Shown: positions 1 through 6,963, counted from the first letter of the stretch. The stretch: 13,625 nucleotides of DNA from a virus (IMGVR_UViG_2681813234_000008:1-13625); one strand, 5' to 3'. Numbers and translations are program-made. Notes: generated by a model from the letters alone, not told the origin.

Positions 1-74
1 TCCGTAACGCCTCTGCCACGCGCGTAACGTGACAGGGATTAAAGGTAAACCAATTGATTTTGCAAGTTTTTATT

Positions 75-1361
75 TTACCCCGCTTTCTTATGGGGCATGC
101 ATGGGACACTTTCAGATAGTCTTCTGTTAAGAAGTTCTATCTGTTCGTGATTGTTGTCTTTCATCCATGCTCCGTAAACATTGAATACCATTTGTGCGTT
201 TGTGTGGCCCATCTGGCTTGCGATAAAACTAGGATTAGCTCCTGCGGCAAGTGACCAGCATGCATAGGTATGCCTGGATTGATACGATTTTCTGTGTCTC
301 AGACCTGCGCGTTTTAAGATACTTGTCCATGACTCCCTGATGGAGTCAACCTTATAGTGCGGTCCGGAAAACTGCCGCTGTTTTATTACCTGAGGACTAA
401 AAACAAAAGTGCATTTATGCACAGTACTTCTCCCATATTCCCTCTGCTTTACCTCTACAGAATGCTGTTTTCCAAGCATGGTCATTTCCGCTTGGCTTTT
501 AAGAGCATCAATAGCTGGTTGAACTAGATGAATCGTTCTTCCGGTACCAGCATCAGTTTTTGGTGGAGTGAATTCGCCTAGTTTTGTATAATTCCGGCGG
601 ATGGTTATAGTCCTCGCTTTAAGGTCTATATCTTCCCAGGCCAGTGATACCAGCTCCCCGTGACGAATACCTGTGTATACAGCGATAATCCACAGGTTTT
701 TTGTTTGTTGATGACGGCAAGCCTCAATAAAACGAATAAATTCGTCACGGGTGAGGGGATCTGGTTCTATCCTGGACTTTTTTAATGGTGTCAGACCGTT
801 AAATGGATTTCCTGATGTATAACCATTATCTGTTGCAAATTGAAACATTCCAGCTATGGTTGTCATATAGTAGTTTACTGTGACCACTGAGCGTCCTTTT
901 ATGGAAGAAATTTTTCCGTTAGAAAGCTTTTGATAACCGGTCAACAGATCTCTCCTTACGAAAAGCAAATCCTCTTTTGTTACAGATGAAACCAGTCTTT
1001 TTTCACCTAACATTGGCAACATGTTTTTAATTACTGACTGGTAACGGTTAAGTGCATTTGCACAAATCTCTATTTTCTTCAGTTCAAGCCATCTTTCCGA
1101 AAGTGCTTTAATGGTTATCTCTCTTTTCCCCAGACCAAAGTGTTTCAGGTTAGGGGACTCAGGGAACTGTGCTGCATAGTCGAAACTCCCCATTCTTATT
1201 GCAAAACAAACGGAAGTGCGGAGGTCACCTGCGATTTTCCGGTTTTTGGCGGTGTCAGGAACACCGAGGTTTTCTCTGACACGTTTGCCGTTATAGTGAA
1301 ACCATATGCGGAGTGATCCGCCATGATTTTCAACGCCTGTTGGGTATGATGTATTACTCAT
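75..1361 (-). CDS. int: Tyrosine recombinase (phage integrase)
   Basis: 428-aa ORF with C-terminal catalytic signature (RHTYA, GHTNAQMVFNVYGAW with putative catalytic Tyr) and an N-terminal arm-type region (GSLRIWFHYNGKRVRE). Strong SD (GGAGG) 5 nt upstream of the ATG at 1361. Confidence 0.85.
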   Translation of the reverse strand: MSNTSYPTGVENHGGSLRIWFHYNGKRVRENLGVPDTAKNRKIAGDLRTSVCFAIRMGSFDYAAQFPESPNLKHFGLGKREITIKALSERWLELKKIEICANALNRYQSVIKNMLPMLGEKRLVSSVTKEDLLFVRRDLLTGYQKLSNGKISSIKGRSVVTVNYYMTTIAGMFQFATDNGYTSGNPFNGLTPLKKSRIEPDPLTRDEFIRFIEACRHQQTKNLWIIAVYTGIRHGELVSLAWEDIDLKARTITIRRNYTKLGEFTPPKTDAGTGRTIHLVQPAIDALKSQAEMTMLGKQHSVEVKQREYGRSTVHKCTFVFSPQVIKQRQFSGPHYKVDSIRESWTSILKRAGLRHRKSYQSRHTYACWSLAAGANPSFIASQMGHTNAQMVFNVYGAWMKDNNHEQIELLNRRLSESVPCMPHKKAG

Positions 1362-1394
1362 TAAACCTCCCAGACGTCCAGGAGCATTAACAGG

Positions 1395-1649
1395 TTAACC
1401 GGAACTTGCATTTTTAACACCTGGTTGTTTCTGATTTTCGATCCAGCGCATAATTTCCTCTATGTTGTATACGCATTCACTGTTGCTCTTCGGAATTCCA
1501 TCGACAGCGTAATGTCGATATTCTTTCCCCTGTAGCCATGATTTTTTCCTGGCTCGCTCAATGGTGCCTGGTTTTAGCCCTGTCGAAGCAATGAGGGTGC
1601 TTTCTGTACACCATTTACTTGGTGTTATTTGATAGATGATTGTCTGCAT
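1395..1649 (-). CDS. xis: Excisionase-like small DNA-binding protein
   Basis: 84-aa basic ORF 33 nt upstream of int on the same strand, with SD GAGGT. Position and size fit Xis/AlpA-type directionality factors; family assignment by eye only. Confidence 0.55.
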   Translation of the reverse strand: MQTIIYQITPSKWCTESTLIASTGLKPGTIERARKKSWLQGKEYRHYAVDGIPKSNSECVYNIEEIMRWIENQKQPGVKNASSG

Positions 1650-1656
1650 GTCAACC

Positions 1657-1803
1657 TCATAAAACTTTCAGCCCACGGCAGTGGCACCACACCTCAAACA
1701 TTCGTTTCACAACTTCACGGCAGTAGAAACCGTCAACATCTCGCGTCAGGTCATAACGATTGCCGTAACGCTGGCGTACCCATAGCTCAAACGCTTTATT
1801 CAT
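1657..1803 (-). CDS. Small hypothetical protein (48 aa), not in the ORF track
   Basis: Manual translation gives MNKAFELWVRQRYGNRYDLTRDVDGFYCREVVKRMFEVWCHCRGLKVL. ATG sits 3 nt after the stop of the upstream gene with an AAGGAAG SD about 6 nt upstream; it fills the gap between the 80-aa gene and xis. Confidence 0.3.
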   Translation of the reverse strand: MNKAFELWVRQRYGNRYDLTRDVDGFYCREVVKRMFEVWCHCRGLKVL

Positions 1804-1806
1804 TCG

Positions 1807-2049
1807 CTACTTCCTTTTCATGGCTCGTAATTTTTTCAGATGAGCTTCCTGCTCTGTTTCTGCCAGAATTTGTCGGTATTCCTGGTGATCGATCCGTTCA
1901 AACGATTCATTAAAATCGTTCATTTTTACCGATTGTGTTCGCCCATCCATTCTTCTGTACAACACGGTGTTATTTATGCAGCGAATAATTTTTACTGGGT
2001 AACCGGCACTGTCGGTATACAGTTGTCCCTGATTAATCAAAGCAAACAT
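1807..2049 (-). CDS. Hypothetical protein (80 aa)
   Basis: Track ORF 1807..2172, trimmed to the internal ATG at 2049, which has an AGGAG SD about 6 nt upstream. No recognisable domain. Confidence 0.5.
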   Translation of the reverse strand: MFALINQGQLYTDSAGYPVKIIRCINNTVLYRRMDGRTQSVKMNDFNESFERIDHQEYRQILAETEQEAHLKKLRAMKRK

Positions 2050-2080
2050 TTTTTCTCCTGCTCTCTGAATAGTGAGAACT

Positions 2081-2452
2081 TCAGAGCCGTATGTTTGTAG
2101 CGGGTTCAATACTGATAATTTCTGCTGAGATAAGCATCCCGGCAAGCCAGAGTTCTCTGGACAGGTCTTCATCCTGACATATCAGTTCGCCAATATTAAT
2201 GGTGGCCATGATATCTGTTTCCCCTGTGCGCTCATCCTCGACTTCTTCATAAGGCAGCGTTGCGTACAGGCTTTCAATAGCGCAACTGATAACATCCAGT
2301 CCGGTCAGATTGCCGCCGACAGTAACTTCGAATGTTTCGCGGTATTCCCATAGTCCGAAAGTTAATCGAACGGTTTGTTTTGCCATGCGTCCGCATGACG
2401 TCAGATTCGGGTCATAGTTCATTATTTGCGGTTGGGTATTATGGGTGTTCAT
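2081..2452 (-). CDS. Hypothetical acidic protein (123 aa)
   Basis: Track ORF with an AAGGGA SD-like sequence upstream, same strand as the neighbouring operon. No recognisable domain. Confidence 0.5.
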   Translation of the reverse strand: MNTHNTQPQIMNYDPNLTSCGRMAKQTVRLTFGLWEYRETFEVTVGGNLTGLDVISCAIESLYATLPYEEVEDERTGETDIMATINIGELICQDEDLSRELWLAGMLISAEIISIEPATNIRL

Positions 2453-2492
2453 CTGCTTTTCCCTTAGCCCGGCGGCCTGCCGGGCATATAAG

Positions 2493-3320
2493 TTATTTAA
2501 CCTGGATAAATGGCGTATTGGCGCCGCTGGTCATGTATTGCGGCAGTGTGCCGTTCCATTTATTGATGGCTTCCAGTTCCATAACTCCAGGGTTCTGGCG
2601 CAGAGCTTCACCGCGTAAACGAATAGCATCGGCTTCGGCCTGGGCTTTTGTGCGAATCGCATCAGCCTGTCCGGCAGCTTCCGCGCGCAGCATGTTGGCT
2701 TCCGCTTCGCGCTGTTTTACTTCCTGCTCGCGTTGCAGGGTTTTCTGGTTTGCCGTGACTTTGGCATTAATGCTGTCGATAACGGTTGGTGGGTACTCCG
2801 GTTTACCTACATATGAGAGGCTCACTACCTGAATACCGATGGGTGTCATTTCTGCCTGAATGTCTTTAAGAGCAGCATCCAGCAGTTCAGACTTGCCGCC
2901 GTCGATAAATTTGTCGGTGGTCATTTTGCTGGCCAGTCGGTTGAGTGCGTCGGCGATCTTCTGGCGCAGGTCGGTGTCGGTAATGTCATCCACGCCTTTG
3001 CGGTAAGTCTGAAACACCGTGGTAACTTTGGATGGATCAACTTTGTAGGCCACGCCAATGTGATAGCCGATGGTTGTACCGTCACTCATCTGGAAACTGA
3101 ACGGTTCATCGTAGGTCTTCATTTGTTTGAAGGTGGGGAAGATATAAACTTCAGTATTCCAGCCAGTCCAGTAGCGACCAACACCGACCACCTCACCGAC
3201 GCCTTTGTCGTCGCCCAGTTTATTTACCTTGATGCCAACATTACCTGGTTCAACGCGATCGCAACCGACAAGGCCAATAGTCGGCAGAACAATGGCTAAA
3301 GCAAAAATAATTTTTTTCAT
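2493..3320 (-). CDS. SPFH/Band-7 (HflK/HflC-like) lipoprotein, predicted inner-membrane anchored
   Basis: N-terminal signal peptide with lipobox LVGC followed by Asp at +2 (inner-membrane retention rule). Core resembles the HflK/HflC pattern (VEPGNVGIKVNKLG ... IGIQVVSLSYVGKPEYPPTV), followed by an Ala/Gln/Glu-rich coiled-coil tail. SD AAGGA; ATGA overlap with the upstream small gene. Confidence 0.7.
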   Translation of the reverse strand: MKKIIFALAIVLPTIGLVGCDRVEPGNVGIKVNKLGDDKGVGEVVGVGRYWTGWNTEVYIFPTFKQMKTYDEPFSFQMSDGTTIGYHIGVAYKVDPSKVTTVFQTYRKGVDDITDTDLRQKIADALNRLASKMTTDKFIDGGKSELLDAALKDIQAEMTPIGIQVVSLSYVGKPEYPPTVIDSINAKVTANQKTLQREQEVKQREAEANMLRAEAAGQADAIRTKAQAEADAIRLRGEALRQNPGVMELEAINKWNGTLPQYMTSGANTPFIQVK

Positions 3321-3505
3321 CTTTTATCCTTAGTGAAAGAAAGACCCTTGTAAATGGCATAAATGCAGGGCGGGGTCAGAAACGCCAGTGCAAAGCCAGA
3401 AATAACTGCTATCGTATCCTTCATGGATATAAGGAACGGAACGAGTAATCCGTAAATGCATGCGATAATTGCCAGTAAAATTACTATTGTGAAATACAGT
3501 CTCAT
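3317..3505 (-). CDS. Small two-helix membrane protein (62 aa), coupled to the SPFH gene
   Basis: Two hydrophobic stretches (YFTIVILLAIIACIYGLLVPFLI and IAVISGFALAFLTPPCIYAIY). Its stop overlaps the SPFH start as ATGA. Weak SD. Confidence 0.55.
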   Translation of the reverse strand: MRLYFTIVILLAIIACIYGLLVPFLISMKDTIAVISGFALAFLTPPCIYAIYKGLSFTKDKR

Positions 3506-3528
3506 TGGTCTGTGGTATCCCGATATTT

Positions 3529-3636
3529 TTAACCGACTGACAGCGCAATAAAGAGAATAATGATTTCAGTTAGTGTCAGTACTGTGGCAAGGATTAAAAT
3601 CAGTTTTACTCTGTTTAATTCACGGTTGCTTTTCAT
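3529..3636 (-). CDS. Putative 35-aa single-helix membrane peptide, not in the ORF track
   Basis: Manual translation gives MKSNRELNRVKLILILATVLTLTEIIILFIALSVG: charged N-terminus then one hydrophobic helix. It lies 46 nt after the 193-aa gene stop and 24 nt before the 62-aa membrane gene. No clear SD. Confidence 0.25.
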   Translation of the reverse strand: MKSNRELNRVKLILILATVLTLTEIIILFIALSVG

Positions 3637-3681
3637 ATAAACGGTTAGTAAAAGATGGAAGAATTATATTCTTCTTAATAT

Positions 3682-4263
3682 TTAATGTGTCACTGGCGCT
3701 TCTGACATACCATGAGTATTCAGGTCGTTAATCATTTCATCCAGAAGGAGTTCAAGCCCTTCGCGCCCCATAGCAGAGAGAATGAAACCATTATCAGGAT
3801 CTGCGATGAGCATTTTTTGATAGAGAAACAGAACTCGCCCGATGCCTTCAGTTTCGCCATATTTTTCAATAAATCCCCATTCGACATGGTTTTGCAGGGC
3901 AATGCGAAGTGGTCCTGGGTATATACTTATGCAACCATGTTTCCCCTTGTAAATAACTGCGCGATCTGTCGTCCCGTTATCGTTAGGGATATCAATAGTG
4001 CCGTTCTTGTCTTCCTCTTCACTGATAAACTTCATCACATACAGCCAGCGCCACTGAGCAACCTTCAGATCGACTGAAAATCTTCCCAGCAATCCGGCAT
4101 CATCAGCTTCGGCAAGACATTGCATGATTCTTAAACCGTGCCAGTATGGATTATCGAATTCGCCATCATTAAGCCGCTGTACGGCCTCAATATAATCAAT
4201 GGTTTTATTACCAATTTTTATGCCATGTGGCGTTACTTCTGGTCGGAACTCTGAATGATTCAT
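3682..4263 (-). CDS. Hypothetical protein (193 aa), distal gene of a coupled pair
   Basis: Track ORF 3682..4338, trimmed to the ATG at 4263 (MNHSEFRPEV...), which overlaps the upstream gene stop as ATGA. Very AT-rich; no recognisable domain. Confidence 0.6.
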   Translation of the reverse strand: MNHSEFRPEVTPHGIKIGNKTIDYIEAVQRLNDGEFDNPYWHGLRIMQCLAEADDAGLLGRFSVDLKVAQWRWLYVMKFISEEEDKNGTIDIPNDNGTTDRAVIYKGKHGCISIYPGPLRIALQNHVEWGFIEKYGETEGIGRVLFLYQKMLIADPDNGFILSAMGREGLELLLDEMINDLNTHGMSEAPVTH

Positions 4264-4448
4264 AATGTTTGCTCCTTTGCTGGTGGAATAATCGTGTAGC
4301 CAGCTCTTTTTGCCATCCACAGAAATGTATCCATGCAACCAACGAATTCATTATCCAACAGATGTTTTGAGTAAATTACTTCACCATTTTCAATAGTTAG
4401 CAACACTCTTACTTTTTTATGTGTTATGTTTTGTTGTTTTTCTTTCAT
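4260..4448 (-). CDS. Hypothetical small protein (62 aa), proximal gene of a coupled pair
   Basis: Track ORF with GGGAGA SD about 8 nt upstream of the ATG; AT-rich codon usage. Stop overlaps the start of the 193-aa gene. Confidence 0.5.
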   Translation of the reverse strand: MKEKQQNITHKKVRVLLTIENGEVIYSKHLLDNEFVGCMDTFLWMAKRAGYTIIPPAKEQTL

Positions 4449-4644
4449 TTATTTATCTCCCATATGCTTTGCGCAAATACAGGTTGGCTATATGAAGATA
4501 AGAATCTCCATGTTGTGCAATGAGGCAGGCAGTTTTATACGATGCCTTATGTTTCAGGAAAGTCATAACATAATCTCCTGCGAATAAAGGTTGCAACAAT
4601 CCCCGGCGATAAAACCGTAATAAACATTCAGGGAATATTTATTG

Positions 4645-5010
4645 TTATTGCGCTAATTCTTTTTCGGCAGCAGATTTTGCATATTCACATGCAAAATTCA
4701 GAATTTCGCTGCCAAGTGTTTTTGTTTCGTGATTACTGGACATATGTAATACCTGTGTTGCATGCAATAAATGATAAACATTTACCGCAAATGAATCAGG
4801 CTCCAGACAAATGCCTTCATAATCATCTTGTTGTGAGGTTGTTTCTGTCATTGCTCCTGAAGTGCATGCGAGCCTGTTTTTGACAATTCTCTTTCCTCTA
4901 ATCACTATATCGGCAACATCTATTGCCTTTACAACCTCCGGGAGAAGGTCCGGGTTTGTATAATCAAAGTCATTAACATGGAGAACAGTTATGTTTTCGA
5001 ACTTTTTCAT
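4645..5010 (-). CDS. Hypothetical protein (121 aa)
   Basis: Track ORF with GAGGAA SD upstream of the ATG at 5010. It lies downstream of an HTH gene on the repressor strand. No recognisable domain. Confidence 0.55.
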   Translation of the reverse strand: MKKFENITVLHVNDFDYTNPDLLPEVVKAIDVADIVIRGKRIVKNRLACTSGAMTETTSQQDDYEGICLEPDSFAVNVYHLLHATQVLHMSSNHETKTLGSEILNFACEYAKSAAEKELAQ

Positions 5011-5138
5011 GGCTTCCTCAGCTGACTTATATGTTCTGCTATATAGCGAGTCTCAGAAGTGTTTTCATATTGAGACTGTTTCCTCAATGATTGATAAAAA
5101 TGTTCGCATGTACCTTGAGGGGCGAAGCGGCGATTATG

Positions 5139-5657
5139 TCACCATTGGTATTGGTTCTTCCGTAGAAGAGCTTCGCGAGATAAGGAGCAAACTTGTTGAG
5201 ATGCGTCATGGTGTTGCTGCTCCTCACTTTTTGGTTGCTCCGGAGGAGTAACCTCACCAGTTAACAGCCACATCGGATCGCAGCCAAGAATATTTGCCAG
5301 TGGGATAAGCATACTGATAGTTGGTTCATACTTTCCGCTCTCCCACTGGATGATAATTTCTTCATCGAGATCGAGCAGCCTGGCGAGTTCGGCGGTTGTT
5401 AAGCCGCAAGCTTCGCGTTGAGTGCGAAGGCGGGAACTAATAGTCACCATAGCAAGGCGACGGCAAGATTTAGTGCGCTCTTGCCTTCTTTGTGAAAAAT
5501 CTTCTTGTGCAAGAGAAGATGCCAGTTCAGCTGAAATTAGAAGTAATGAATATGAAACATCTCGCTCTTTCTCGGTACCTGAAGACAACAAGCAGGCTGC
5601 GTTAAGGGATGCAGAAAGCTTGTTGATGTCATCTATAGCGTCAATAAAATCGATCAT
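5139..5657 (-). CDS. XRE-family helix-turn-helix protein (172 aa) with extra N-terminal region
   Basis: Central HTH_3-like segment (GLTTAELARLLDLDEEIIIQWESGKYEPTISMLIPLANILGCDPMWLLTGE). GGAG lies upstream of the ATG at 5657; the alternative start at M70 (5450) lacks an SD. Confidence 0.6.
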   Translation of the reverse strand: MIDFIDAIDDINKLSASLNAACLLSSGTEKERDVSYSLLLISAELASSLAQEDFSQRRQERTKSCRRLAMVTISSRLRTQREACGLTTAELARLLDLDEEIIIQWESGKYEPTISMLIPLANILGCDPMWLLTGEVTPPEQPKSEEQQHHDASQQVCSLSREALLRKNQYQW

Positions 5658-5697
5658 TTCTCAAAGCTCCAATAATGCGCTGTGAGGCAATGATTCA

Positions 5698-5728
5698 TCA
5701 ATTATAATTGATAGTCAAGTATGATTTA
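5698..5728. promoter_or_regulatory. Operator-like 14-bp perfect palindrome TCAATTATAATTGA (5698-5711) plus adjacent half-site TCAAGTA (5715-5721)
   Basis: Palindrome read directly from the sequence. It sits between the repressor stop and the start of the 172-aa HTH gene and matches the site family in the repressor/cro intergenic region. Confidence 0.45.
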
Positions 5729-6211
5729 GTCTTTTTGATTGAGTTTTTGCGTGATTAGCAAGATGTTTTTTGAGTGTTCTTCCAGAAGATTTTTTGCAAA
5801 ATCCAACACCTTTACCCTCTCTTTTGTGGGTAAATTCGCAAATATTTCAAATAAATAGCTTGTATCCTCAATGATTGTTGGATCTATAGATTCAATAATA
5901 CCTCGTATCAGTTTGTTGCTCATTGAATCAAAAAGAGTTTCTCCATTCTCCCGGGTAAGTGTGTACTTAGGTTTTTCTGTGTTTCCATTTAAAAGCCACT
6001 GTACGTCGCACTGTAAGAGTTCTGATAATTTCAATAGCTTATCGCTAGTTATGCTTGTCTTTCCTTTCTCCCACAAAGATACAGCAGCCATTGATACCCC
6101 CATTGCTTGTGCCAGCTTTAATTGACTTAAACCAAGTTCTTTTCTGCGTGACAGAATCCTGTGCCCCATTGAGAGTGGGGAAGACTGACATGACTTTAGT
6201 TTTGTATCCAT
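5726..6211 (-). CDS. Prophage repressor, XRE-family HTH, no recognisable S24 peptidase domain (CI analog)
   Basis: N-terminal HTH (LGLSQLKLAQAMGVSMAAVSLWEKGKTSITSDKLLKLSELLQCDVQWLLNG). Transcribed divergently from the Cro-like gene. Track ORF trimmed to the ATG at 6211, which has a GAGGG SD. The C-terminal 90 aa show no Ser/Lys autopeptidase motif. Confidence 0.7.
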   Translation of the reverse strand: MDTKLKSCQSSPLSMGHRILSRRKELGLSQLKLAQAMGVSMAAVSLWEKGKTSITSDKLLKLSELLQCDVQWLLNGNTEKPKYTLTRENGETLFDSMSNKLIRGIIESIDPTIIEDTSYLFEIFANLPTKERVKVLDFAKNLLEEHSKNILLITQKLNQKD

Positions 6212-6291
6212 ATTGCCCTCAAGTATACTTGATAGTAAGATTGTGTTGTAATTCCTGTTGCTAAGCTTAATCAATTAATGTTGAGGTCTCA
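6212..6291. promoter_or_regulatory. Divergent immunity promoter/operator region with two 14-bp sites, TCAAGTATACTTGA (6219-6232) and TCAATTAATGTTGA (6271-6284)
   Basis: The first site is a perfect palindrome and the second is a 12/14 match to the 5698 palindrome. Each abuts the SD of the gene on its side. -10-like hexamers (TATACT, TAAGAT) are present, but promoters are not mapped. Confidence 0.5.
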
Positions 6292-6531
6292 ATGATAAAG
6301 ATTAGTGCAATTAAGTTTTATGGTTCGCAAAGGGCGATTGCTCAATCACTGGGGATTAGCGAGCAAGCTGTTTCTCAATGGCCAGAACTCATTCCTAAAG
6401 GTGCAGCTCTGGAGCTTGAGAAACTCACTGATGGCGCTTTGAAGTGCGATCTGAACCTGTACAAGAACCGCTCGCGCAAAAACAAGCGTGAATTGCACCC
6501 AAGCTTAGCGCACACGGGGGAGGAGAAGTGA
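6292..6531 (+). CDS. Cro/YdaS-like small DNA-binding regulator
   Basis: 79-aa ORF with the YdaS/Cro-type motif GSQRAIAQSLGISEQAVSQW ... PKGAALELEKLTDGALKCD. Divergent from the repressor; GAGG SD. Confidence 0.7.
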   Translation: MIKISAIKFYGSQRAIAQSLGISEQAVSQWPELIPKGAALELEKLTDGALKCDLNLYKNRSRKNKRELHPSLAHTGEEK

Positions 6532-6851
6532 TGGGCGTGTACGTTGATCGTAGAGAAATACTTCTTGATTGCGTGCAGATAGACATGCCCTCGGCTTATA
6601 GCTCAGCAGATGCTGAGTGGATTAAGCAGCAGTTACTTAGCCTGACACTCACGGCACGACAAAAAGCCATCCAGCGTTATGGCGTTGTGTATCAGGAGGC
6701 ATTTGAGGCCGAACCCATTTCGTACCGTAAGGAGAACCGGGCAAGGCATGAAGCAAACACAAGGCTTCGCCTGTTTGTGAGAAATCAGGGCAGAGCTTTA
6801 CAGGGGTATGCCGCCGAACCTCCCCTGGCTGGAACGCAATCGCGATCCTGA
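6531..6851 (+). CDS. Hypothetical protein (106 aa) in the CII position, Arg-rich C-terminus
   Basis: ATG overlaps the cro stop (TGATG) with a GGAGGAG SD upstream. No recognisable HTH, so a CII-like role is a positional guess only. Confidence 0.5.
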   Translation: MGVYVDRREILLDCVQIDMPSAYSSADAEWIKQQLLSLTLTARQKAIQRYGVVYQEAFEAEPISYRKENRARHEANTRLRLFVRNQGRALQGYAAEPPLAGTQSRS

Positions 6852-6935
6852 TTGTTTCGGGTTTGAAGGTACCCGAACAGAAGCAGGCTTAAAGGTGCCT
6901 GTTCAGGTTGGCAACCAACTGACCCAATTCCTCAT

Positions 6936-6960
6936 GCGTACTAGGTAAGTAGTACGTTTT
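6936..6960 (+). terminator. Weak intrinsic-terminator-like hairpin
   Basis: Stem CGTACTA / TAGTACG with loop GGTAAG, followed by TTTT. AT-rich stem, so stability is modest. Lies about 85 nt after the 106-aa gene. Confidence 0.3.
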
Positions 6961-6963
6961 TAT

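Noticed and set aside
2467-2485. GC-rich hairpin GCCCGGC-GGCCT-GCCGGGC between the SPFH and 123-aa genes as a terminator
   Set aside because: No U-tract follows on either strand; more likely an mRNA-stability or processing element, or coincidental.
2332-2832. 166-aa plus-strand ORF in the track
   Set aside because: Lies antisense across the 123-aa and SPFH genes, has no SD, and its composition reflects the reverse strand of real genes; judged spurious.
3330-3548. 72-aa minus-strand ORF overlapping the 62-aa membrane gene in another frame
   Set aside because: Out-of-frame overlap with a better-supported membrane protein gene; no SD.
5726-6274. Longer 182-aa form of the repressor starting at 6274
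   Set aside because: The upstream ATG lacks an SD and would place the operator-like palindromes inside coding sequence; the ATG at 6211 with GAGGG is preferred.
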